Numbered from the stretch's first letter, positions 11,925-21,185 are shown. The stretch: 64,000 bases of DNA from Candidatus Omnitrophota bacterium (GCA_015233115.1 JADFYJ010000015.1:450-64449), one strand, 5' to 3'. Notes: generated by a model from the letters alone, not told the origin. Translations and numbers: made by a program.

Positions 11925-12226
11925 GTATGTGGTTCGTAGTATGTCGTATGTAGTAAAAACGAATGATTAAAAAAAATTTAAAACCATATTTATGCTTTAG
12001 AACTTAATTGATAAGTAAGCACATAGAAACAAAATTTATTTATTGTGACTCTATCAAATTTTATTTACTTTATAATTTTATGACCACTGTTATTTTGCAC
12101 GATACCTCTAGCAAAACAACTACTCCTGATTAATGTTTTTTAGCATTAATATATGTTTTTGCAATATATTCTACGCTTTTTGATCAATCGTTTTTCACTA
12201 CATACTACATGCCACATACTACATCC
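11925..12226. repeat. GTATGT-type 7-mer inverted-array element between rpsR and rplI
   Basis: Left gtatgtg gttcgta gtatgtc gtatgta gtaaaaacgaat; right aatcgtttttcac tacatac tacatgc cacatac tacatcc. Confidence 0.9.
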
Positions 12227-12236
12227 GTATCAATTT

Positions 12237-12497
12237 TTATCTAGCACTTCCGCTCGGCAACAATGCCAGAAAACGCGCGCGTTTAATGGACGTTGATAAA
12301 TTGCGTTGCTGCTTGGCTGTGACGCCGGTAATACGACGGGGCAGCATCTTTCCGCGGTCGTTTAAAAATTTCGAAATCAAAGGGATGTTTTTATAATCGA
12401 ACTCAACATCCGGCGTTACTTGAAATCTAAAAGGCATTTTTGTTCTGAAACTCGGCCTTCTTTTTTTAGATGAAGCTTTTTCTCTGTCCAATTCCAA
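12237..12497 (-). CDS. rpsR: 30S ribosomal protein S18 (cysteine-free form)
   Basis: DYKN...[10 protein letters not shown]...QR...IKRAR; position in rpsF-ssb-rpsR-rplI; TTG start, possibly 12491 given RBS spacing. Confidence 0.93.
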   Translation of the reverse strand: MELDREKASSKKRRPSFRTKMPFRFQVTPDVEFDYKNIPLISKFLNDRGKMLPRRITGVTAKQQRNLSTSIKRARFLALLPSGSAR

Positions 12498-12513
12498 TCC
12501 TCCTATTTTATAT

Positions 12514-12537
12514 GGGCGATTTATAAATTGCCCCTAT
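12514..12537 (-). repeat. Solo REP-like palindrome
   Basis: ATAG-GGGCAATT-TATA-AATCGCCC on minus strand, related to the GTAG REP pair at 43607-43754. Confidence 0.55.
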
Positions 12538-12543
12538 GATTTT

Positions 12544-12975
12544 TTATTCATCCCAAGCAATGTCTTCGGGTTTGATAGCTTCGCCCATCGGAGCGTCTAT
12601 TTCTACATCCGGAGTTTTTGCGTCAGCATCTTTTTCCTTGGCCCCATAACTTCCTAAGAACTGAACTCGTTCCGCGCGGACATCGATGGCGCTGCGTTTT
12701 TCGCCTTCTTTGGTTTCCCAAAAACGCGATTGCAAAACACCTTCGACAAAAACCGGTTTGCCTTTACCCAAATATTGACAGCATGCTTCAGCCTGTTTAT
12801 CCCAAACCGTCACGGTCAAAAAACATACTTCTTCTTTGAGTTCCCCTGAGCTATCCTTGAATCGACGATTAACCGCGATCCCTAAATTAGCCACCGCTGT
12901 ACCACCCGGCGTATAACGCAATTCAGGATCCCGTGTTAAATTTCCGATCAAAAATACTTTGTTTAAATTCGCCAT
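12544..12975 (-). CDS. ssb: Single-stranded DNA-binding protein
   Basis: NKVFLIGNLTRDPELRYTP OB-fold start; acidic tail. Confidence 0.96.
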   Translation of the reverse strand: MANLNKVFLIGNLTRDPELRYTPGGTAVANLGIAVNRRFKDSSGELKEEVCFLTVTVWDKQAEACCQYLGKGKPVFVEGVLQSRFWETKEGEKRSAIDVRAERVQFLGSYGAKEKDADAKTPDVEIDAPMGEAIKPEDIAWDE

Positions 12976-13003
12976 TTGTTCCTCCTAATAAACCTTTAAA
13001 TTT

Positions 13004-13309
13004 TTATTCAATTTTTATGATCGCAAAACGCAAAACCTTTTCCTTTAAACGCAAGGCCGCGCGGATCTGAGCGATCGACAAAGTCGGACCTTCGAAATTC
13101 GTCAAATAATACGTTCCTTCTTTACAACGCTTAATATCGAACGAGAATTTGTGTTTTTCGAACCAGACCTGACTATTGATAATTTTCGCATTACCTTTTT
13201 GCAAAATTTCCACAACTTCTTTGCAAATGGCTTCTTTTTGATCATTCGTTAATTTCGCGTCAATGATCGTCACTAATTCGTATTTCCTGAATAGACCCTT
13301 ATTTTCCAT
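13004..13309 (-). CDS. rpsF: 30S ribosomal protein S6
   Basis: RKYELVTII...IKRCKEGTY...LRLKEKVLRF; canonical operon position. Confidence 0.88.
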   Translation of the reverse strand: MENKGLFRKYELVTIIDAKLTNDQKEAICKEVVEILQKGNAKIINSQVWFEKHKFSFDIKRCKEGTYYLTNFEGPTLSIAQIRAALRLKEKVLRFAIIKIE

Positions 13310-13904
13310 TTCCCTTCCTTCTGTTATGCGTCTCCATTGTTTTGCTAATGCCTTCCTTAATCCACATTTCCAAACAATCGCCTGCCTCGGTTATAAATTC
13401 TTTCAACCCTTTTTTTTCTGACGAGTTGAATTCTTCCAAGACATAATCCGCGACATCCGTTCCTTTAGGTTCGCCAATCCCCATCCGTAGCCGGGGAAAA
13501 TCCTGACTGCCCAAATGCTCGATCACCGATTCCAAGCCATTATGGCCGCCGCCGCTGCCTTTGGAACGAAGGCGCAACTGGCCAAACGGCAAATTAAAAT
13601 CGTCGCAAATGACCAAAATATGCTCCAGCGGCGGCGCGTATTTTTCCGTCATCCTGCGAACAGCCGTTCCAGAATTGTTCATAAACGTGGTCGGGAAGAC
13701 CAAGCAAACCTGCTTTCCTTCCCATTGTCCTAAAGCTGTTACTGCCTTTGTAAAAGAACTTGCTTGAAACTTTAATTTTAAACGTTCGGCAAAATATTCT
13801 AAAACTAAACACCCCATATTATGCCGGGTATATTCATATTGACTTCCAGGATTGCCTAATCCGACGATAAGGTAACTATTCTCTGATCCTGAAATATCTG
13901 ACAT
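13299..13904 (-). CDS. pth: Peptidyl-tRNA hydrolase
   Basis: LIVGLGNPG, TRHNMG, FMNNSG, GGHNGL motifs. Confidence 0.96.
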   Translation of the reverse strand: MSDISGSENSYLIVGLGNPGSQYEYTRHNMGCLVLEYFAERLKLKFQASSFTKAVTALGQWEGKQVCLVFPTTFMNNSGTAVRRMTEKYAPPLEHILVICDDFNLPFGQLRLRSKGSGGGHNGLESVIEHLGSQDFPRLRMGIGEPKGTDVADYVLEEFNSSEKKGLKEFITEAGDCLEMWIKEGISKTMETHNRRKGNGK

Positions 13905-13910
13905 TTTTCA

Positions 13911-14627
13911 TTATTTCTTTTTCGGTTGTTCTTTCGCTGCTCCAGCTTTAGCTGCACCAGCTGCTGATGTTGCCGCAGCTCCAGGCGCTGGCTTCTTTTC
14001 CTTTGTTACTTCCGGCTCTTTTGGGCCGTCTTCAGTTGTCTCAGCCGCCGCTTCTTCACGGATCGCGTGAACCACAGAAAAAACGATAGCAGCGGGATCG
14101 TGTTTCGTCCGCACATTTTCCGGCAATTTTAAATCACTCACGTGAATGGCTTGACCAATATTTAACGCGCTGACATCGACCACGATTCTTTGCGGAAGAT
14201 CTTTTGGCAAACAGATAACTTCAATTTCCCACAAAGCATGTTCCAATGAACCGCCGGCCTTGATTCCAACGGGTTCACCTACCGACTTAACCTGAACTTT
14301 AGCGTTAATCTCATGAGTCGCGGAAATTCGGATGAAATCGATATGAATCAATTCATCGGAAACAGGGTCATGCTGTTCTTCTTTTAACATCGCGGAATAA
14401 TCGCGAAGTTTTTTTCCGTCTTCCATGACATTCAAATGGAACATGACGCTTTGCCCATGATGCTGACGCATCAATTTTTCAAAAATTTTTTTCTCTAACT
14501 GAATCGCGGTCGGCGCTTGTTTTTCACCATAAACAATGGCAGGAACTTGTTCTGCCCGTCTAACCGCCGACGTTCCTTTTTTACCGGTATTTTTTCTAAT
14601 TTGAACATCTAATTTAATTTCTTCCAT
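13911..14627 (-). CDS. rplY: 50S ribosomal protein L25 / Ctc
   Basis: VPAIVYG, HIDF motifs; prs-rplY-pth synteny. Confidence 0.95.
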   Translation of the reverse strand: MEEIKLDVQIRKNTGKKGTSAVRRAEQVPAIVYGEKQAPTAIQLEKKIFEKLMRQHHGQSVMFHLNVMEDGKKLRDYSAMLKEEQHDPVSDELIHIDFIRISATHEINAKVQVKSVGEPVGIKAGGSLEHALWEIEVICLPKDLPQRIVVDVSALNIGQAIHVSDLKLPENVRTKHDPAAIVFSVVHAIREEAAAETTEDGPKEPEVTKEKKPAPGAAATSAAGAAKAGAAKEQPKKK

Positions 14628-14649
14628 GTGACTTAACCACTTTCTTTAT

Positions 14650-14813
14650 GGGTTTTTGGTTTTTGGTTTGTGGTTTTTGGAAAAAACGAATATTTTCGAT
14701 GACCAACAACCAACTGCCATTAACCGTATTTTTTATTTTTTATTGGTTTTACAGTTTTTGGAAAAAACGAATATTTCCGATAACCAATAACCATCAACCA
14801 ACAACCATCAACC
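14650..14813. repeat. Tandem pair of GGTT-type inverted-array elements between prs and rplY
   Basis: Core gtttttggaaaaaacgaatattt(t/c)cgat(g/a)accaa occurs twice (about 14673 and 14754), each flanked by GGTT../..AACC 7-mer arrays. Confidence 0.88.
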
Positions 14814-14816
14814 GTA

Positions 14817-15755
14817 CTATTTATTTTCAAAAAATAAACAACTTATTGACTGTTCTTCCTTAATCCGTTTGATCGCTTCCGCTAAAAGAGGAGCGACGGA
14901 TACCTGCGATATTTTTTTAATTTTCTTCGACTCATCCAACGGAATGCTATTGGTCACCACCAACTCTTTCAGCGCCGCGCAATTCTCCAGCCGTTGAATC
15001 GCGTTACCCGACAATACCCCGTGAGTGACTGCCGCGTAAACATCTCTAACCCCATGTTTCTCGAGGGCATTGACAGCTTCAACCATAGAACCTGCCGTCG
15101 CGATGATATCATCCACTAACACTACATTCTTGCCCGTTACATTACCCAAAATATGCATAACTTCCGTTTTTTCCGGACTATCGCGCCTTTTATCAACAAT
15201 AGCTAACCCCGCGCCCAAACGTTTCGCGTAAGCCCGCGCCATTTTAATCCCGCCCACATCCGGAGAAACCACAACAAGATCTTCTAAATTTTTGCGTGAA
15301 AAATATTCACAAATCGTGTTAATACCATACAAATGATCAACAGGAATATCAAAAAATCCCTGGATCTGCGCCGCATGAAGGTCCATGGTTAGAACACGAT
15401 GCGCCCCGGCGGCCACAATCAAATTAGCAATCAATTTTGCCGTGATAGGAACCCTCGGCTGATCTTTACGATCTTGACGCGCGTAACCATAATATGGGAT
15501 AACCGCGGTGATCCGTTTTGCCGAAGCTCTACGGACAGCGTCGATCATTATCAACAATTCCATCAAATTATCATTCGCCGGCGAACACGTAGGCTGAACA
15601 ATAAATACATCCCGGCCGCGCACATTATCTTTGATTTCAACCCGGATTTCCCCTTCGGAAAAACGGGATACTAAAGCCTTAGCCAAAGGAATACCTAAAC
15701 AATCCGCCATGCCTTGCGCTAATGCCGGATTTGCGTTGCCAGTCAAAATTTTCAT
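14817..15755 (-). CDS. prs: Ribose-phosphate pyrophosphokinase
   Basis: PYYGYARQDRK, DLHAAQIQGFF, VVVSPDVGG, VDDIIATAGS. Confidence 0.97.
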   Translation of the reverse strand: MKILTGNANPALAQGMADCLGIPLAKALVSRFSEGEIRVEIKDNVRGRDVFIVQPTCSPANDNLMELLIMIDAVRRASAKRITAVIPYYGYARQDRKDQPRVPITAKLIANLIVAAGAHRVLTMDLHAAQIQGFFDIPVDHLYGINTICEYFSRKNLEDLVVVSPDVGGIKMARAYAKRLGAGLAIVDKRRDSPEKTEVMHILGNVTGKNVVLVDDIIATAGSMVEAVNALEKHGVRDVYAAVTHGVLSGNAIQRLENCAALKELVVTNSIPLDESKKIKKISQVSVAPLLAEAIKRIKEEQSISCLFFENK

Positions 15756-17011
15756 AAACTCTTTCTCTTTCTCAATCGGGCAGGGACGCCGACAGCCGCA
15801 TAACCCGGCGGAACTTTTGTTCCTGACGTCACCACACTCCCGGCTGCTGTTAACGCGCCGCGTCCGACCGTTACAGGTGCCACTAATATTGAATCAGAGC
15901 CGATAAAAGCTCCGTCACCAATTTTGGTAGAATTTTTCTTAACCCCGTCAAAATTCGCCGTTACTGTTCCACAGCCAATATTCACATTTTTACCTAAGGT
16001 CGCATCGCCCAAATAACTAAAGTGTTTCATGAAACATCCGTCATCCATCGACGAATTATTGATCTCGGTAAAATTCCCGATGTCCACATTATTACCTATA
16101 CGCGTCCCTGGACGGAACCGCGCAAAAGGGCCGACCACACAACGGGCACCCAATTTAACATTATTTTCTATAAATGTAAAGGGTCGAATCAAGGTGTCTC
16201 TTCCGATCGTAACATCCGGGGCAATGAAAGTCGTAGTGGGATCCATGATCGTCACCCCTTCCTCCATCCAATACTTAATAATCTTGTCCCGCATTTTCAA
16301 CCCGACCATCGCCAAATGTTCCCGCGTATTAACTCCTAAGCCCACATCCGGGTCTTCGGTCACTAAAGTTTGAACTTTTAATCCTTGATTCAAAAAAAAC
16401 GCAATAATATCCGTCAAATAAAATTCTTTTTTCTTGGCATTCATTCCCACTTTATCCAATGCCGCGAATAATTCTTTACTCTTTACACAATATACACCGA
16501 CATTGATTTCGTTAATTTTTTTTTCCTCAGCGGTCGCGTCTTTATGTTCCCTGATCGCGATAGCTGCGTTTTTTTCATTCCGAATTACTCGTCCATATCC
16601 GTGAGGATCTCGCAAAATAGCAGTTAAAAAAGTACAAACAGCTTTAGTGCGGTTATGTACATTCACTAGCAGTTTCACCACTTTTTTATCCAGCAAAGGC
16701 GTATCACCGCATAGAATCAATACATTCCCATTAAAATTTTTTAGCAAATTTTTAGTACGCTTGACAGCATCTGCTGTTCCCAACAGTTCAGTTTGTTCTA
16801 CATAGTCGCATTCCGAACCAACCACAGCCCGCACCATCTCTGCCTGATGGCCTAACACAACATAATTTTTCAAAGAACCCACACCTTTTGCGACATCAAG
16901 CACATACTGGATAATTGGTTTGCCCAAAACCAAATGCAAAACCTTCGGGACATCAGATTTCATCCTGGTCCCTTTTCCAGCCGCTAATATAACTGTTCGT
17001 AGTTCAGGCAT
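15752..17011 (-). CDS. glmU: Bifunctional UDP-GlcNAc pyrophosphorylase / glucosamine-1-P acetyltransferase
   Basis: LAAGKGTRMKS, EFYLTD, HFSYLGDA, hexapeptide repeats. Confidence 0.93.
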   Translation of the reverse strand: MPELRTVILAAGKGTRMKSDVPKVLHLVLGKPIIQYVLDVAKGVGSLKNYVVLGHQAEMVRAVVGSECDYVEQTELLGTADAVKRTKNLLKNFNGNVLILCGDTPLLDKKVVKLLVNVHNRTKAVCTFLTAILRDPHGYGRVIRNEKNAAIAIREHKDATAEEKKINEINVGVYCVKSKELFAALDKVGMNAKKKEFYLTDIIAFFLNQGLKVQTLVTEDPDVGLGVNTREHLAMVGLKMRDKIIKYWMEEGVTIMDPTTTFIAPDVTIGRDTLIRPFTFIENNVKLGARCVVGPFARFRPGTRIGNNVDIGNFTEINNSSMDDGCFMKHFSYLGDATLGKNVNIGCGTVTANFDGVKKNSTKIGDGAFIGSDSILVAPVTVGRGALTAAGSVVTSGTKVPPGYAAVGVPARLRKRKSL

Positions 17012-17027
17012 AAAATACTAAGCATCT

Positions 17028-17282
17028 TTAAAGTTGCAATGTTGCTCGCAACATCAACTTTAATGTTGACTTGCCCTTTGTAGTCTTAAAATATTTTTCT
17101 CTCCTAAGTGCGTCTTCTTTGCTTTGATAAGCTTCATAAAAAATAAGCTTTAAAGGTCTTCGTGCTTTCGTGCTCGTATTACGACCCTCATAATGGTCTT
17201 TTAATCGAGTTTCGAGGTTTTCACTGAAACCAATATAAAAATTATTGTCTTTTAAACTTAGCAAAACATATACAAAAAACAT
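17028..17282 (-). CDS. Small GIY-YIG nuclease family protein
   Basis: FVYVL...FYIG motif, R..H..G, A..RE...K; 84 aa. Confidence 0.9.
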   Translation of the reverse strand: MFFVYVLLSLKDNNFYIGFSENLETRLKDHYEGRNTSTKARRPLKLIFYEAYQSKEDALRREKYFKTTKGKSTLKLMLRATLQL

Positions 17283-17284
17283 AT

Positions 17285-17421
17285 TTAAAAGAATTCACGA
17301 CCCTGAACTACAAGAGTTCAGGCACTCATTTATTTTAAAGTAGGATTCGGCTGTGCACCCAACTTGGCACACAGCTTATCATATTAAAAGAATTCACGAC
17401 CCTGAACTACAAGAGTTCAGG
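17285..17421. repeat. 38-bp direct repeat pair containing a hairpin, between tRNA-Gln and GIY-YIG gene
   Basis: ttaaaagaattcacgaccctgaactacaagagttcagg at 17285-17322 and 17384-17421; CCTGAACT/AGTTCAGG stem. Confidence 0.9.
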
Positions 17422-17443
17422 GCCATGAACCCTACGTGGTTCA

Positions 17444-17517
17444 TGGCTGCCCGGCATGGATTCGAACCATGAAAACAAGATCCAAATTCTTGTGTGTTAC
17501 CATTACACCACCAGGCA
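17444..17517 (-). tRNA. tRNA-Gln (anticodon TTG)
   Basis: Acceptor TGCCTGG/CCGGGCA, anticodon arm CAAGA-ATTTGGA-TCTTG, T-loop GGTTCGAATCC, encoded CCA; typical ispE-tRNA-Gln-prs context. Confidence 0.95.
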
Positions 17518-17559
17518 AAATATAACAATTCTTAAAAATCAAAAGGTCAAAAATAAAAC

Positions 17560-17632
17560 GGTTAATTGTTATTGGTTTTTTAAGTTTTTCGTTTTGTTGT
17601 TAACCAAAAACTAAAACCAAGAACAATTAACC
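17560..17632. repeat. Degenerate GGTT-type inverted element after spoVG stop
   Basis: ggttaattgttattggtttt ... aaaaccaagaacaattaacc (20-bp inverted repeat, one mismatch). Confidence 0.7.
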
Positions 17633-17644
17633 AAAATTTCCAAT

Positions 17645-18052
17645 CTATTCACCCATCTCATGGTCGCTGTATGCCTGCGGCCCTTTGGCTTTTTCCTGAT
17701 TATATGCTTCTAAAATTTTAGACTGCAGATAATCCCGAAATTCCTGAGTTATGGGATGCGCTACATCACGATGATCTGTTTTCGGATCAGCGGGATGCTG
17801 TTCATCTTTGTGCAGGGGAAGACCTTTCCCGCATAGATTACAAAATTTACTACCCACTTCATTTTTAAAACTGCACGCCGGGCAATTCGCTTTAGCCTTT
17901 CTTGATGGCATAGCAATAAAAAGCCCGCTCGCTCCCTGAATCACTTTGATATTACGTACCACAAACTTATTATCAAAAGTTACAGTGACGTATGCTTGCA
18001 ATTTTTTATCTTGCCCCTGTTTGGGGAAAACTCTAATTTCTGTTATTTCCAT
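17645..18052 (-). CDS. spoVG: SpoVG family protein with inserted zinc ribbon
   Basis: MEITEIRV..., GLFIAMPSRK, DVAHPI; CPAC...CNLC insert; start re-assigned to 18052 (AAGGAG RBS). Confidence 0.9.
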   Translation of the reverse strand: MEITEIRVFPKQGQDKKLQAYVTVTFDNKFVVRNIKVIQGASGLFIAMPSRKAKANCPACSFKNEVGSKFCNLCGKGLPLHKDEQHPADPKTDHRDVAHPITQEFRDYLQSKILEAYNQEKAKGPQAYSDHEMGE

Positions 18053-18071
18053 AGTGCCATGCTCCTTTCTT

Positions 18072-18929
18072 TCAAAGCGTATGCGCAACAAACACCTGTT
18101 TGAATCGCTTTGAAAAACGTTGAGCGATCTCTCTGGCCTTGGCTTGGTCTTCCACAACAGCATAAACCGAGGGACCGCTGCCTGAGATCAAAACCCCTTT
18201 AATATCAAACAATCCTAGGTTTTCCTTGATGGCTTGAAGTCTCGGAGAAACCTTTAGGATCACAGTTTCTAAATCATTTACTAATAATGACTTTAATGTC
18301 TCTAATCTATTATACTTCAAATTTTGGATAAGAATACTAACATCTACATTTTTGTTTGTCAATGGTAAATTGAGTCCCTGGTAAATCTCTGGAGTATATA
18401 ACTTAATGCACGGTGTTATAATCACATACCAAAGTTTATTTTTAATATTCAGCTTGCGAATAATATCCCCGCGCCCGGTCCCCAAAGCCCACGGAGTATC
18501 ATATAAAAAAAAGGCCACGTCACTTCCAATTTGCCGGCCATATTCAATTTGCTGTTTTTGCTCTAACTTAAGATCCCACAATTGGTTTAATCCCTTAATC
18601 ACAGTAGCCGCGTTGCCTGAACCTCCCGCTAATCCAGCAGCTACGGGAATACGTTTTTTAATATCTATCTTCACTCCCCATTTCACGTTTAAGTCGCGTT
18701 TTAACAAATCTGCCACCTTATAAACTAAATTCCTCATATCCAGAGGGACATCCGGATGGTCGCAGGTGACACTAATCCGGCCTTGGGCATTTTTCGTTAA
18801 TACAATCTCATCCCCCAAGCTGATCCGCTGAAATAGAGTCTCGATATTATGATATCCATCCGGCCGTTTGTTGACGACTTTCAAAAAAAGGTTTAATTTA
18901 GCTGGAGAAAAAAGTTTGAGTTTATTCAT
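18072..18929 (-). CDS. ispE: 4-diphosphocytidyl-2-C-methyl-D-erythritol kinase
   Basis: PAKLNLFL, DGYH, IPVAAGLAGGS, GSDV, SGSGPS. Confidence 0.95.
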   Translation of the reverse strand: MNKLKLFSPAKLNLFLKVVNKRPDGYHNIETLFQRISLGDEIVLTKNAQGRISVTCDHPDVPLDMRNLVYKVADLLKRDLNVKWGVKIDIKKRIPVAAGLAGGSGNAATVIKGLNQLWDLKLEQKQQIEYGRQIGSDVAFFLYDTPWALGTGRGDIIRKLNIKNKLWYVIITPCIKLYTPEIYQGLNLPLTNKNVDVSILIQNLKYNRLETLKSLLVNDLETVILKVSPRLQAIKENLGLFDIKGVLISGSGPSVYAVVEDQAKAREIAQRFSKRFKQVFVAHTL

Positions 18930-19923
18930 GAATTTTAGGATTTAAAGCTTGGACTTTATGCCAATCATTAATTTTGGTTTGTACAGTTTTTTGGCCAGGG
19001 TCAAGGACTATGGACATTTTCCAATATTCCAGAGCCTTATCATTTTGATTTAATTGCTTATAAACGTCACCTAAATGATCATATAAAACCGGCTCCTTAA
19101 TCGTTTTCTCTGCTTTCAAAAGCGCATCCAATGACTCTCTGTAAGACCCCTTTTTGAAATATATCCACCCCAAAGTATCCAAATAAGCACCATAGTCAGG
19201 ATGTATTTGAAGAGCTTGTTTGATCATTTTCTCAGCTTGATCCAAATGTTGTCCCTGCTCTGCGTATAGATAAGCCAACGTATTTAAACACCCTTCATGA
19301 TCCGGTGCGAGCGTTAAAGCGTTTTTGAGAACAGTCACGGCATCCTGCTCCCGGCTGACTTCTGTATATAACGAAGCAAGAATATACAAGGCGTCTGCAT
19401 TATCCCGTTCCAGCGCGACAACATTTTCAAATTGCTTGATGGCTTGATCATATTTTTTTTGGGAATAATACAACTGGCCAAGATAAGTATAAAGTTCTAA
19501 ATTCCGAGGATCTAATGGAGAAGATTTATTCAGGATGACTTCATACTCTTCCGCGGCTTTGTCATATTTATGAGTGCCAGAATAAATCAAAGCCAAAAGA
19601 TATCTAGATTCTACATCTTCTGGTTTAAGACGGGTGACTTCCTGAAGTTCACGTTCAGATTCGTTGACCATATCCAGCCGCGCGTAGGAAGTTCCCAAGC
19701 GCAAATGTGCTAAATAATTAGGATTGTCAAACCGGACTGCTTGTTCATACTCAAACACCGCCCGATTTGACAATCCCATAAGATCATAAACTTGACCCAT
19801 CATATAATGAGCCAAACTCTTTGAGGTCGCAACCCTATCATCGCTGGCAAACGCGTGAACATTTTGAGCGGACACCATAATTCCCAACATCAGTATCCCC
19901 AAAATTTTAACATGCGCGGCCAT
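18922..19923 (-). CDS. Exported tetratricopeptide repeat protein
   Basis: Signal peptide, many TPRs including LNTLAYLYAE...YLDTLGWIYFK. Confidence 0.85.
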   Translation of the reverse strand: MAAHVKILGILMLGIMVSAQNVHAFASDDRVATSKSLAHYMMGQVYDLMGLSNRAVFEYEQAVRFDNPNYLAHLRLGTSYARLDMVNESERELQEVTRLKPEDVESRYLLALIYSGTHKYDKAAEEYEVILNKSSPLDPRNLELYTYLGQLYYSQKKYDQAIKQFENVVALERDNADALYILASLYTEVSREQDAVTVLKNALTLAPDHEGCLNTLAYLYAEQGQHLDQAEKMIKQALQIHPDYGAYLDTLGWIYFKKGSYRESLDALLKAEKTIKEPVLYDHLGDVYKQLNQNDKALEYWKMSIVLDPGQKTVQTKINDWHKVQALNPKIHE

Positions 19924-19938
19924 CTTGCGTTGCCTCTT

Positions 19939-20040
19939 TTACTTAGTATCGCGTTTTTTCAAGTGACGCAAAGATTTTCTCAACTTCTTTCTCTTATGCG
20001 TTCTAATCTTACACTTTTTTCTTTTTTTTCCGCACGGCAT
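19939..20040 (-). CDS. Small basic ribosomal-type protein, bS22/mS38 (AURKAIP1/COX24 domain) like; absent from ORF track
   Basis: Manual translation MPCGKKRKKCKIRTHKRKKLRKSLRHLKKRDTK (33 aa) with GAGGTG RBS; matches the MPxGKKRKxxKxxxHKRKK pattern of this family. Confidence 0.8.
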   Translation of the reverse strand: MPCGKKRKKCKIRTHKRKKLRKSLRHLKKRDTK

Positions 20041-20061
20041 AACAATACCACCTCTTGTTTG

Positions 20062-20937
20062 TTAATAAATAAGTTTATTCAATGAGTACTCAATAATTCC
20101 GCTGGCCCCTGCTTCTTTGAGTTTAGGGATCAAATTACGGACAATATTTTCATCAATCACCACTTCTAAAGCCACCCAACCCTGCTTGGTCAAATGCGAG
20201 ACTGTCGGGTCTTTTAAAGACGGCAACAGGCTCAAAATTTTCATCAAATCTTCTTCGCGGACATTCATTTTCAAACCGACCATATGGGTCGCGTCAATCG
20301 CCCCTTTTAACAGCATGACCACCTGGTCCATCTTCTTTTTCTTCCAGGGATCTTTCAGCGATTTCGGGTTCGCGATAAACTGCGTAACTGATTCACAAAT
20401 CGTGTCCACAATGCGTAATTTATGCGCGCGCAAACTACTGCCGGTCTCAGTCAATTCAACTATAGCATCCACCAAACCGTCCGCAACTTTGGCTTCGGTC
20501 GCGCCCCAGCTGAACTCCACATCCGCCTTCACTTTATTTTTCTTCAAATAATTCTTGGTAATATTCACGACTTCCGTGGATATCCTCTTGCCTTCCAGAT
20601 CTTTCACGGATTTAATTTTTGAATCTTCCGGGACAGCCAGCACCCAGCGCACTTTGGTCGCGCTTTGCTTGGCGTAAGCCAAGTCAGCCAGCACCTGAAT
20701 CTTGGAACCATTTTCCGCGATCCAATCCGCGCCGGTGATCCCGCAATCCAAAGCTTCTTCCTCAACATAACGCGACATTTCCTGCGCGCGCAATAAGACC
20801 GGTTCCATCTCGGAATCGTCTATAGACGGAAAATAAGAACGGCTGGACACATAAATATTAAATCCCGCACGCTCAAAAACTTTAACTGTAGCTTCCTGCA
20901 AACTACCTTTAGGTAAACCTAACTTGAGCTTGGCCAT
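20062..20937 (-). CDS. hisG: ATP phosphoribosyltransferase (long form)
   Basis: [29 protein letters not shown]-terminal regulatory domain; start re-assigned to 20937. Confidence 0.95.
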   Translation of the reverse strand: MAKLKLGLPKGSLQEATVKVFERAGFNIYVSSRSYFPSIDDSEMEPVLLRAQEMSRYVEEEALDCGITGADWIAENGSKIQVLADLAYAKQSATKVRWVLAVPEDSKIKSVKDLEGKRISTEVVNITKNYLKKNKVKADVEFSWGATEAKVADGLVDAIVELTETGSSLRAHKLRIVDTICESVTQFIANPKSLKDPWKKKKMDQVVMLLKGAIDATHMVGLKMNVREEDLMKILSLLPSLKDPTVSHLTKQGWVALEVVIDENIVRNLIPKLKEAGASGIIEYSLNKLIY

Positions 20938-20958
20938 AATAACGCCCTTTCGTAACAA

Positions 20959-21040
20959 TGGTTGATAGTTGATGGTTTTTGGAAAAAACGAAAAACTTAT
21001 ATAACCGACAACCAATAACCAACAACCATAAACCAACAAC
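20959..21040. repeat. GGTT-type inverted-array element in the hisG leader
   Basis: tggttga tagttga tggtttt tggaaaaaacgaa ... aaccgac aaccaat aaccaac aaccata aaccaac. Confidence 0.88.
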
Positions 21041-21126
21041 ATATATCTAAAGCTTACATATTTATAATTCCCAAAAAAGTAACGTATTATATCAATCCGT
21101 CTCTACTTGTAAAGAGTTTATTTTCC

Positions 21127-21155
21127 TTGTAAAAATATTTTAAGAAATATATAAT
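21127..21155 (+). promoter_or_regulatory. Candidate sigma70 promoter for the SurA-like gene (divergent partner TTTACA-16-TATAAT for hisG at 21086-21113)
   Basis: TTGTAA-17-TATAAT on plus strand. Confidence 0.55.
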
Positions 21156-21185
21156 CATCCGCACAAAACGGTTTTTCTCAAAAAC

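Noticed and set aside
14648-14863. ORF-track 71-aa ORF (MGFWFLVCGFWKKR...) and similar ORFs at 44222-44416, 43377-43610, 44309-44494
   Set aside because: They are translations of the repeat elements, without RBS or family motifs
17285-17421. Possible mini-CRISPR or prophage att site at tRNA-Gln
   Set aside because: Only two repeats, 61-bp gap, repeat is not a copy of the tRNA 3' end, and no cas or integrase gene nearby
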